Source: an uncultured Acidobacteriota bacterium
GTDB lineage: Bacteria; Acidobacteriota; Vicinamibacteria; Fen-336
DNA: 64,000 bases
Assembly (NCBI GenBank): GCA_963720545.1
Contig: OY970399.1
Span: 3,680,001 to 3,744,000 of the forward strand
Direction: 5' to 3'
In this document: one piece after another, positions 55,584 to 64,000 of the stretch
How positions within the stretch are numbered: position 1 is the first letter of the stretch
Layout of the letters: every line of letters starts with the position of its first letter
The notes under the pieces: generated by a model
What the model saw: the letters and a program-made list of their open reading frames with translations, nothing else
Databases searched by the model: none
What the model was told of the DNA's origin: nothing
Program-made: the position numbers and the translations under genes

Positions 55584-56683
55584 GGACGGCAATGAAGAGC
55601 ACGGCAGGGGAGTCGGGTTTCTCGATGGTCGAGCTGATGATCGCTCTGGTCGTCACCACCATCGTCACCGGTGCCATGTACGGCTTGATGGCGGGAGGGC
55701 AGAGCGCCTTCCGCCGCGAACCCGAGCTGATCGACCGCCAACAGAACATTCGCAACGCAATGTCGATGATCGAGGAAGACCTGCGCACCGCCGGCTTCGG
55801 CATGCCGGCATTCACGCAGGTGTTCACCGCCGGCCTGGACAATCTCGCAACGACACTGCCTTCGATCATCACGCCCGGCGAACGTACGGATGGGCTCGAG
55901 TTCCTTGCTGGCGACTGGAACTGTCCAGCAATACCGCTGTGCGCGTTCGACACCGCTCCCGATCCGATGGCCCTCAAAGTGCCGGTCGATTCCGTCTGCC
56001 TGCCACGTGCCGGAGCGCCGGGACTGCTCCTGATGACGAGCGTCAACGATGTCAGGAAGCCGGTACCCGGCATCGACGCGAGCCTCATCGTGGGCAGTGC
56101 CAGCCGCGTGGCGCTCGCTGCGGCACCCGCCGCCTGTGTCGGGGCCGCCCAGTTCACCCTTTTCAAGAATCAGGGCCCAGCCGCCTGGCACCCCGGCCTC
56201 GGTGGGATCACGCGCTACATGGTCTTGCCGGTGCGCGCGGTCAAGTATCAGATCGCGATGGATCCGGCGGAAGCGAACGGCCTTCCGAAGCTCTGGCGCA
56301 GCGTGACCGGCGGTCGCACGGCGGCCAGCAACTACGCCACGTCCGTGGCGCCGGGGCTGGATGCCACCTGGCAGATCGTCGCTGAGGGGGTCGAGGACCT
56401 GCAGGTTCAGTACATGTCCGGGCCGATCGTCGACCCCGACCCGCCTGTATGGGGACACGAGCCGACGCCGATTCTCGCCGGCAACGGACAGAGCCTGACG
56501 CGCCGCATTCGGGTCTCGCTTTCCGCGCGCGCGGCAACGATGGGGCAGGGCGGACTTGGGCGCGGCAGCGGCAACGCCGCGGTGCCGCTCGCCACCGATG
56601 ACATCAAGCGCGGGCAGCTCACCTCGATCGTGACGCCGCGACAGATCGTATTCGCCCTGGAGGCAACCGATGCGCTTCGATAA
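55580..56683 (+). CDS. PilW-like minor pilin
   Basis: ESG^FSMVELMIAL; EDLRTAGF; AEGVEDLQVQY. Confidence 0.85.
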   Translation: MRTAMKSTAGESGFSMVELMIALVVTTIVTGAMYGLMAGGQSAFRREPELIDRQQNIRNAMSMIEEDLRTAGFGMPAFTQVFTAGLDNLATTLPSIITPGERTDGLEFLAGDWNCPAIPLCAFDTAPDPMALKVPVDSVCLPRAGAPGLLLMTSVNDVRKPVPGIDASLIVGSASRVALAAAPAACVGAAQFTLFKNQGPAAWHPGLGGITRYMVLPVRAVKYQIAMDPAEANGLPKLWRSVTGGRTAASNYATSVAPGLDATWQIVAEGVEDLQVQYMSGPIVDPDPPVWGHEPTPILAGNGQSLTRRIRVSLSARAATMGQGGLGRGSGNAAVPLATDDIKRGQLTSIVTPRQIVFALEATDALR

Positions 56684-57509
56684 CCGCCGCGGCGAACACG
56701 GGTTCGCTTTGATCCTCGCGCTTCTCACGCTGATGCTGCTGACATTCCTGGGGTTGACGCTCGCGGCCACCACTTCGTCCGAATTGCAGATCGCGTCCAA
56801 CCAGCGCTGGGCGGCGCAGGCCTACTACAACGCCGAAGCCGGCATCGAAGCCGCCAAGATCGCGCTCAAGAACTACACGGGGTCGCTCGATCTCATCCCG
56901 TTGCTGCCGAATGCTCGCGGGGCCTGGGTGCCGAATCCCCTCACCACCGTGGCGCTGCCGGCGCACCCGAACGGCTGGTCCGATACCACCGATTCGTGGG
57001 GCCTGCCGCTGCGAAACTGGGAGAACAGCACCTGCGACACGCTTGGCGGCAACGTCGGCTATGGCACCATCCTCGTGGCGCGGCCAAGCGTCGATGTCAA
57101 CCTCGATGCCGGCGGCGCGCCGCTGCAGTACGTCACGCAGGTCGGCGACCTGCCTCTGCAGGGAGCGTTCACGGTCTGGGTGCGCCGTGCGCCGGTCATC
57201 AACCCCGACGGCAGCGTCAGCGATGACACCAGCAACACCGAGGCTCTCGTCACATCCGAGGGGGTGGCGCCGTATTCCGGGGCATCCGCGGGGTCTGCAT
57301 TTGCACTGCGCAACCGTGCGGTGCGCGTGCTGCAGGCAAAGCTGAGCATCCTGGCGGAGCCGCCGTGCGAGGCGCAGCGCGGCCAGATCGGCATGTCGTC
57401 TACGGGATCAGGCTTCAGCCCGTGCTCGCTGCTCACGAGCAGCGCGCTCGCCGACGAGTTTGGCGGCGGTGTCAACGGTCCCGCCGGTTTCGGCGTGGCA
57501 GCACGGTAA
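56670..57509 (+). CDS. PilX-like minor pilin
   Basis: EHG^FALILAL (no Glu5, typical of PilX); AYYNAEAGIE. Confidence 0.85.
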   Translation: MRFDNRRGEHGFALILALLTLMLLTFLGLTLAATTSSELQIASNQRWAAQAYYNAEAGIEAAKIALKNYTGSLDLIPLLPNARGAWVPNPLTTVALPAHPNGWSDTTDSWGLPLRNWENSTCDTLGGNVGYGTILVARPSVDVNLDAGGAPLQYVTQVGDLPLQGAFTVWVRRAPVINPDGSVSDDTSNTEALVTSEGVAPYSGASAGSAFALRNRAVRVLQAKLSILAEPPCEAQRGQIGMSSTGSGFSPCSLLTSSALADEFGGGVNGPAGFGVAAR

Positions 57510-57539
57510 CGGGTAACAGGACTTCAGGTGGAAAAAGCC

Positions 57540-60500
57540 ATGAATGCGACACGTCGGGCACGGTTCTTCGGTGGAGTGGCCGTCCTGGGGGCGTTGGCGC
57601 TCGTCTGCGGCGACCGCCCGCTGCGCGCGCTGCCGGCAAACGTTGGCATCGACCCGCTCGAGGTTCTCGACCTGCAGATCAAGCCGAACGTGCTCATCGT
57701 TCTCGATAGCTCGGGATCGATGACCGAGACGCCCTACAGCACGCCTGTGCTGTCGGGACAGATCGCCGGCGACTATCAGCGGTCGAAGATGTTTCTGGCG
57801 AAGGATGTTCTGAACCAGGTCATTGCCGCCAATATCGATAGCGCCAGCTTCATGCTCGCCCAATACAAGCAGTCGGGCAGCCGCTTGACGGAACAGGCAC
57901 CTGTTATAAACAGCACAACGGCCAACCGTTTCACGTACACGACCGAGAGCTGGGCCGGCGCGGCGTTGCCGCAGGGACCCGGCCAGTCGATGGCGACCAC
58001 CGACCTGACGGTCAGTCCCTTGTACGCATTTCAGAACATCCAGGCCGGGTGGAACACCCTGCGCTACCAGGAGAACAACGGCGGGACGACCGTCACCTGC
58101 ACGGCCACCGTTGCGACAGGCTTCTACCCCCAGACAGGCACCCTGCTCGCGACTGCTATCCAGACCGCGATGAACGCGGCAACTTGCACAGGTGGCACGC
58201 GCGCGAATACCTATAACGTCACCTACACGGGCAGCACCTTTTCTTTCGCGCGAGCGACGGCTTCGTGCTCGCCTGCCACCTGCGGGACCAGGCAATTCCG
58301 GCTGGTGTGGTCGTCCGCGCTCTCGACGATCCGCGCGGTCCTGCGCGCGCCCAGCAATGCGCCCGCGCCGGCCTGGAACACGAACCCCAACCCGCCGGCC
58401 GCTCAGGTGTTCGTGGACCAGGGTCTTGGCAACGGTCCCTTCGTGACAGCCGATGCCCGGATCATGCTGCTGACCCGGGCGAGCGCCGACTCTTTCATCC
58501 AGACGTACGATCCGGACGGTGCGGCGGGCGCGAGCCCGTCGCGCGACGTGCGCCACTACCTCCTGCGCGCCAATCGCCTGTGGAACGGGCAGACCGTTTC
58601 GGTGGTGGCGACGACGGGGCTGGTTTGCGGAATCTCCAACCTCCCGGGACCTGCTAGCGCGCCGACAGTGCCCTTCGTCCGGCTGCAGCAGGTGGCCGCG
58701 TGTGGCGGCGCCACCGTGGGAGCGCCGGTGACGTTCTACTACGCTGGCGGCAACTTCACGGGCAACCAGCAGTGCGTCGACAACGCCGCGGACAATGCGG
58801 ACCAGCTGGACGTGCACCTCAACCGTTGTGACGACCCGGACACCACGCTGCAACTCGCCGCGGTCCAGACCTCGCTGCGTCCCGAGCTGGTGTTGAGTGG
58901 CAGCAGCATCGCCGGCTATAGCGAATCCAACGACGGCGTCTATATGGGCATCACAGCCCCGACCGTGGGCGGAATTCCCGCCCAGGGCAACACCCCTATT
59001 GCCGGGTCGTTGAAGCGCCTCAAGGATCGCTTTGATGTGATGTGGGCTAACGACCAGACGCCGGGAACGCTGCAGCTCCCGACCGACACGCTGGTGGTTC
59101 CCGCGCCAGCCTCACGCTACGACATCGACGCAATCAGCACGCACAACAATCCGAAGGAGCCGACCATCGTCATCTTCGTGACGGACGGCGACGACACCTG
59201 CGCCATCGAGTCCGGGTCGACTAACAACAACGCGCTGGCGGCCGCCTGGCAGGCTCAGCGTCTTTACACGCCAATTGTCGGCTCGTTGCAGGCCAACGGT
59301 CAGTACGCCGCCAACACCGATACGGCGTCATCGGTCACCACTTACGTCATCGGCTTTGGCAGCGGCGCCTCGGTGACACGCCTCAACTGGATCGCGTGGG
59401 GCGGCAGCGGCATGCAGCGACCCACGACCACGCAGAATCACTACAACCGCGTACCGACCGACACCGTGACTCGCTGGCAGAGCGCACCCGCGTCGGCGAT
59501 CGCCGGCGGCTGTGTGACGTGTCGGGACGCCCTGGTGGCACCCGACGCCGACTCTCTCAAGGCCGTGCTCTTCTCGATCATCAACCAGGGCGCGAAGCAG
59601 GGCGCGTTCGCGGCGCAGCAGTCGGTCGCCGACTCCGTGTTCGAGTACGTCGACGAAGTGACGAAGCCTGCCAACCAGGACGCGCTCGATCCGCGCAACC
59701 CCGACAACCGCTTCCAGGGCGTCGTGCCGGTGCGCTTCGAGAGCAGCTTCACGCTGCCGGGCTTCGAAGGCCACCTCCGCGCCATCACCGCGAGCGACGA
59801 CGGCTTGACGGGCGTCACTCGCTGGGACGCCGGCCGCAAGCTGAAGCGCAACATCATCGCCGGTATGAAGACCTGCACCGCGGCACAAACCGGCACGTGC
59901 ACCTATCCGCAGTTGCACGCGGGCGCCACCGACGTCAACGTCTCGACCTCGAGCGCGGCCATCAAGCGCCGGATCTACACGACAGGCCGCAACGGCGTGT
60001 TCACCACGACCGTCGACAACCTCACCGACGTCAACTTCGTGCGCGGCACCGGCCAAACGGCGACCGACAGGCGCCGGACGCTGTGGCCGCCGGAGGCCTT
60101 CGTAACCGCCGGTTCGCTCGACGGTCCGCTCGGCATCGCCAGCCTGACGATCACCCAGTTGCAGGCGACACCCTACTTCGCCTGCCAGGGTACGCCGCTA
60201 CTGGCAGCGGGCTGCGGCAGCGGCACGGCAGCGACCAAGCTGACCGCGGCGCGGAAGGAAGCGCGCGAGATGATCCTCGCGTACCTCGCGGGCGCCGAGG
60301 TCGAGCGCGACAACGTCGGGTTCCCGCTGCGCATCACCGTCGCGGCCGCGGGCCAGGCGGTCAGCGACATTCGCTACAAGGTGCGTTCGTGGCCATTGAA
60401 CGAGTCGACCTTGTCTACACCGGCCGTAGTCGCGCCGCCGCTGCTCGCCGAGCCGGGCCTGGCAGTGGCCGAATACACGCTGTTCCGCGATGGCGCCAAG

Positions 60501-62342
60501 AACACCGTGACCCAGAACCTCGCCGACGCCGTCGAGCAGGGATTTGGCCTGCGCAACCCCGACCGCGACTCGACGGCCACGATTCCGGCCGGCAGCACCA
60601 CGCATGGCGTCGACACCCGGGCGACGCAGAAGCCCCCCATGACAACCGTTTTCGTTGGGGCCAACGACATGCTGCACGCCTTCCGCGCCGGCCCCAACTG
60701 CGCGGCTGGCGGGTTGATCGACGCCTCGGCGTCGGTTGACCTGAATGCCGTGCAGCCGACCATGCCGGCCGGCTGCAGCGAACTGGGCGGCGAAGAGTTG
60801 TGGGGTTTCGTGCCCTACGACCAGCTCGCCAAGGTGAAGGACCTCCTGATTCCCGTGACGCGCGATCCGCACACCTACATGATCGCCTCCTCGATACGGT
60901 TCGCCGACGTGTTCGTCCCCGGCAACTTCAGCAAGTCGATCGGCGGCGTCACCTTCGCCGGCACCGGCGTCTGGCGCAAGGTGCTCTACTTCGGCCGCGG
61001 CGCGGCCGGCAGGTCCCTCACGGCACTGGACGTGACGGCCACTGGGCCGTTCACGAAGAAAGCACTCACCACCAACGGCCCCATCACGCTGTGGAGCCGC
61101 GGCAATCCCGACACCAACGACGGTACTGTCGGCGGCACGAAGAACAACAACAACGCCGACTACAACGCCTACCTGCGGATGGGACAGACCTGGTCGGTAC
61201 CGTCGATCGCCTGGACCGACCGCGCTTACAACGTGACCCCGCGCGTCGGCGAATTCGACTTCGTCGCCTACGTCGGTTCGGGCTTCAGCGACACCTGCCC
61301 GGCGCCCTCGGTGGGCTCGTGTTCGGAAGGCAAGGCCCTCTACACGCTCGACGCGCTCACCGGCGACGTGGTGGCGGCCACGGCCGACGTGACCACGCGC
61401 GGCGGCATCAGCGCCTACCAGAACGCGATCGTCGCGCCGCCTTCGGCCTTCAGCGTCGACACCACCAGCTTCTCGGCGGCAGAGGACGGCGGACATCCGT
61501 CGAAGGGCATGGTCACGCGGGTCTACTTCGGCGACCTGCACGGCTTCACCTGGAAGGTGAACTCCGCGAACCCGGGCACCCTTATCCTTCTCGAAGACCT
61601 GCAGTCGGGGGCCGGCCTTTCGAACCAGCCGCAGCCGGTCACGACCGGCGCCGCCCTGATCAACCTGCCTGCGACCGGTTCCTCGAGCCCGCGGCCGCAC
61701 ATCTACTTCGAGTCGGGCAACCTGAAGCTTGGCAACCCGGTCGTGCCGACCAACAAGTTCCAGATGTTCGGCATCGTGGACAACCAGGTGTCGGATACCA
61801 GCAGCACGCCCGACAGCGACATCCTGCCGGGCTTCCCGATCAACTTCGACCCCTCCGGGCAGAACTCGAAGATTCCGCCGTTCCGCGGCACGGCACAGCC
61901 GACGACCGTGTTCGAGCGCGACCCGAACAACACGGTCACCGGCCTGGGCCGCGTGTTCTTCACCGGCACGCGCTTCAACCCGCCGGGCAGCCCCGAGGCG
62001 CCGGATCCGTTCCCGTGCCGTTCGAGCTTCGACAGCGTCGTCTACGTGGTCGGCGCCGAGACCGGTGTCGCGGCCTTCGACCTGAGCGCGGTGCCGAACG
62101 GCGGCTCGAACGACCAGTACGTCGTCTTCAAGGACAGCCGCCTGCTCGGTGTGCAGCTGGCACCAGACGTGCGCAGCACCAACGCGAGCGCCACCACCGT
62201 GCGCCTCGACGAGGGGCTGGTGAAGACCGACGCCACGGGCGAGCCGATCGTCAAGGCGCCGGCCCCCAAGGGCATCCAGCCCATCAACGTCGCGCGCGTC
62301 TCCACCGAAGGGGCGTTCAGCGCGTCGACCATCTGCCAGTGA
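57540..62342 (+). CDS. pilY1: PilY1-like adhesin with split vWA domain (~1600 aa; alternative GTG at 57528)
   Basis: LDSSGSM MIDAS, NTPIAGSL, FVTDGDD, YVIGFG; PilY1 motifs GANDMLHAF, ELWGFVP, GQTWSVP, YFGDLHG; last gene of minor pilin operon. Confidence 0.85.
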   Translation: MNATRRARFFGGVAVLGALALVCGDRPLRALPANVGIDPLEVLDLQIKPNVLIVLDSSGSMTETPYSTPVLSGQIAGDYQRSKMFLAKDVLNQVIAANIDSASFMLAQYKQSGSRLTEQAPVINSTTANRFTYTTESWAGAALPQGPGQSMATTDLTVSPLYAFQNIQAGWNTLRYQENNGGTTVTCTATVATGFYPQTGTLLATAIQTAMNAATCTGGTRANTYNVTYTGSTFSFARATASCSPATCGTRQFRLVWSSALSTIRAVLRAPSNAPAPAWNTNPNPPAAQVFVDQGLGNGPFVTADARIMLLTRASADSFIQTYDPDGAAGASPSRDVRHYLLRANRLWNGQTVSVVATTGLVCGISNLPGPASAPTVPFVRLQQVAACGGATVGAPVTFYYAGGNFTGNQQCVDNAADNADQLDVHLNRCDDPDTTLQLAAVQTSLRPELVLSGSSIAGYSESNDGVYMGITAPTVGGIPAQGNTPIAGSLKRLKDRFDVMWANDQTPGTLQLPTDTLVVPAPASRYDIDAISTHNNPKEPTIVIFVTDGDDTCAIESGSTNNNALAAAWQAQRLYTPIVGSLQANGQYAANTDTASSVTTYVIGFGSGASVTRLNWIAWGGSGMQRPTTTQNHYNRVPTDTVTRWQSAPASAIAGGCVTCRDALVAPDADSLKAVLFSIINQGAKQGAFAAQQSVADSVFEYVDEVTKPANQDALDPRNPDNRFQGVVPVRFESSFTLPGFEGHLRAITASDDGLTGVTRWDAGRKLKRNIIAGMKTCTAAQTGTCTYPQLHAGATDVNVSTSSAAIKRRIYTTGRNGVFTTTVDNLTDVNFVRGTGQTATDRRRTLWPPEAFVTAGSLDGPLGIASLTITQLQATPYFACQGTPLLAAGCGSGTAATKLTAARKEAREMILAYLAGAEVERDNVGFPLRITVAAAGQAVSDIRYKVRSWPLNESTLSTPAVVAPPLLAEPGLAVAEYTLFRDGAKNTVTQNLADAVEQGFGLRNPDRDSTATIPAGSTTHGVDTRATQKPPMTTVFVGANDMLHAFRAGPNCAAGGLIDASASVDLNAVQPTMPAGCSELGGEELWGFVPYDQLAKVKDLLIPVTRDPHTYMIASSIRFADVFVPGNFSKSIGGVTFAGTGVWRKVLYFGRGAAGRSLTALDVTATGPFTKKALTTNGPITLWSRGNPDTNDGTVGGTKNNNNADYNAYLRMGQTWSVPSIAWTDRAYNVTPRVGEFDFVAYVGSGFSDTCPAPSVGSCSEGKALYTLDALTGDVVAATADVTTRGGISAYQNAIVAPPSAFSVDTTSFSAAEDGGHPSKGMVTRVYFGDLHGFTWKVNSANPGTLILLEDLQSGAGLSNQPQPVTTGAALINLPATGSSSPRPHIYFESGNLKLGNPVVPTNKFQMFGIVDNQVSDTSSTPDSDILPGFPINFDPSGQNSKIPPFRGTAQPTTVFERDPNNTVTGLGRVFFTGTRFNPPGSPEAPDPFPCRSSFDSVVYVVGAETGVAAFDLSAVPNGGSNDQYVVFKDSRLLGVQLAPDVRSTNASATTVRLDEGLVKTDATGEPIVKAPAPKGIQPINVARVSTEGAFSASTICQ

Positions 62343-62347
62343 CGTAA

Positions 62348-62396
62348 CGCCGGTCACTCGCCGCGCCCATTCGGGGCGCGGCGGGCTTCACCGGCG
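62348..62396. terminator. Strong GC hairpin after pilY1 (no U-tract)
   Basis: CGCCGCGCCC-ATTCG-GGGCGCGGCG with outer CGCCGGT/ACCGGCG. Confidence 0.5.
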
Positions 62397-62423
62397 CCTC
62401 GGAGCGGTGTACCCTTTCGCGAT

Positions 62424-63446
62424 ATGGCGGGTCCGGTGTTCGTCCCCTGCGAAGCCTGCGGTGCCCGCAACACCCCGCAGCGCGCCCGCTGCGCTCGCTG
62501 CGGCGAGCTGCTGCGGCGCACCGTCAGTGCCGCCGCCGGCTCCCGCAGCGACGCCGAACCGGGCCAGGCGTCCTTCAAGTGGCTGGGGTTCGCCGTGGCC
62601 GCGTTCCTGGCTCTTGCCGTCGGCTGGTACGCCGTGCGCCGGACGCAGCCGGAGCCAAAGCCCGACTCGAGCCTGTTCAACGCTCCAGGGGCCGATGCGA
62701 CGTCTGTCGGTGGGCGCCAGGAGGTAGACCCGGCCGCCGCCGCGCGGAACGCCGATTACCGCGAAGGCGAGAAGCAGCTGCGCGCCGGCAACTTCGCGGG
62801 CGCCGTCGGCTTCCTGCGCCGCGCGGTGGACGCGGAACCGGGAAACGCCCTCTACCGCGTGCGACTCGGGGATGCGCTGCGTGGCGACGGCAACCTCGAC
62901 GACGCGCGCCGCGAATACGAGGCCGTGCTTGCGGCCGACCCCAACCGCCTCGATGCCAACCGCCAGCTGGGTACGCTCCTCTCTGCATCCTCCTCGCCGG
63001 CCGGGGCGCTGCCGTACCTGCAGGCCGCCGCTGCCGGCAAGCCCGACGACCTCGAGATCGTCCAGGAAATCGGCTGGGTGCAGGAGCGCACCGGCGACCG
63101 CGACGCCGCGGCCGCCACCTACCGCGACGTGATCGCGAAGTTTCCCGAAGCCGACGTGACCCGCTCGCGCCTTGCCGAGGTGCTGGTGAAGGACGGGCAC
63201 ACGGAGGAGGCGATCGCCGTCCTCGGCCAGGGGCTCGCGCACACGCCCAACGTGCCGCGGCTGCACCGCGACCTCGGCTTCGCGCTGGAGCACACCGACC
63301 GCTCCCGCGACGCTGCCGAGTCGTACCGCGCCTACCTGCGCCTTGCGCCGAACGCCGGCGATGCCGCCGAGATCGCGCGGCGCGCCGACCTGCTCGAGAA
63401 GAAGGCAGCGGCGCAGCCGCCCGCGTCCCCGCAGCCGCCGTCGTAA
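62424..63446 (+). CDS. Zn-ribbon + TM + TPR protein
   Basis: CEACG..CARCG; single TM; multiple TPRs. Confidence 0.82.
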   Translation: MAGPVFVPCEACGARNTPQRARCARCGELLRRTVSAAAGSRSDAEPGQASFKWLGFAVAAFLALAVGWYAVRRTQPEPKPDSSLFNAPGADATSVGGRQEVDPAAAARNADYREGEKQLRAGNFAGAVGFLRRAVDAEPGNALYRVRLGDALRGDGNLDDARREYEAVLAADPNRLDANRQLGTLLSASSSPAGALPYLQAAAAGKPDDLEIVQEIGWVQERTGDRDAAAATYRDVIAKFPEADVTRSRLAEVLVKDGHTEEAIAVLGQGLAHTPNVPRLHRDLGFALEHTDRSRDAAESYRAYLRLAPNAGDAAEIARRADLLEKKAAAQPPASPQPPS

Positions 63447-63455
63447 GATCGCCGC

Positions 63456-64000
63456 TTGACCGACATCCTTCTCGTCGAGGACAAGGATTCGCTGCGCGAG
63501 ATGCTGCGGCGCACGCTCCTCGCGCAGGGATATACCGTCGAGGAGGCGCCCGACGCCTACGAAGCAAAGCGCCGGCTCGCCAGCAACCGCTTCCTCATCG
63601 TCCTCACCGACCTGCGCCTGCCCGCGGGCAGCGGTCTCGAGGTGCTGCGCAGCGCCAAGGAGGCCGACCCGCAGGTGGTGGTCATCGTCATGACCGCCTA
63701 CGGCACGGTCGAGGAGGCGGTGCAGGCGATGAAGGACGGCGCCGCCGAGTTCCTCACCAAGCCAGTGGACACCGATCACCTGCTGCTGCTGGTGAGCCGC
63801 GCGCTCGACCAGCGCCGCCTGATGACCGAGTACGTGCTGCTGAAGGAAGAGCACCAGCGGCGCTTCGGCCTGCCGCGTGTGCTCGGCGAGCACCCGGCGT
63901 TGAAGGAGACGATGCTGGCCATCCAGCGCGCCGCGCCCACCGATGCGACCGTGCTGGTGCTTGGCGAAAGCGGCACCGGCAAGGAGCTGATGGCGCGGTC
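63456..64000 (+). CDS. sigma54-dependent response regulator (NtrC family), 3'-truncated by window edge
   Basis: Manual translation from TTG: ILLVEDK, LTDLRLP, MTAYG, FLTKP, GESGTGKELMAR. Confidence 0.9.
   Translation, partial: MTDILLVEDKDSLREMLRRTLLAQGYTVEEAPDAYEAKRRLASNRFLIVLTDLRLPAGSGLEVLRSAKEADPQVVVIVMTAYGTVEEAVQAMKDGAAEFLTKPVDTDHLLLLVSRALDQRRLMTEYVLLKEEHQRRFGLPRVLGEHPALKETMLAIQRAAPTDATVLVLGESGTGKELMAR

Noticed and set aside
57540..57620. Tat or lipoprotein signal on PilY1 (TRRARFF; ALVC)
   Set aside because: Phe is offset from the RRxFLK consensus and Val at -1 breaks the lipobox; an ordinary Sec signal is more likely

Overview
High-GC bacterial chromosomal window. The pilin style and gene order suggest Acidobacteriota (Vicinamibacteria-like); this is inference only. 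About half the window is a Myxococcus/Geobacter-like type IVa pilus locus in two blocks. Block 1 is pilMNOPQ plus two uncharacterised lipoproteins, a TPR protein and a roadblock protein. Block 2 is pilBTC-pilSR-pilA-ABC/PilGHI-like-pilD-HK, then fimT/pilV/W/X-pilY1, TPR and a sigma54 response regulator, with two clear sigma54 promoters. Housekeeping genes are interleaved (HU, ftsB, metC-like, rnc, mnmA, lipA, iscS-like, thiolase, acyl-CoA dehydrogenase, glpX, accBC, folD, coaE, lapB-like, kdsCDA-pyrG-kdsB). Several conserved genes carry single-base indels that look like assembly errors. No rRNA, tRNA, CRISPR array or transposase was recognised. Best candidates for undescribed biology: (1) a DUF6788-like Zn protein coupled to ftsB under a consensus promoter overlapped by a 9-bp inverted repeat; (2) a 15-codon micropeptide with a perfect RBS coupled to a multi-pass membrane protein; (3) a ~75% Asp/Glu protein upstream of lipA; (4) a secreted S1/P1 nuclease-alkaline phosphatase fusion; (5) a recurring leaderless TANNNT-N6/7-start signature; (6) novel pilus accessory genes.
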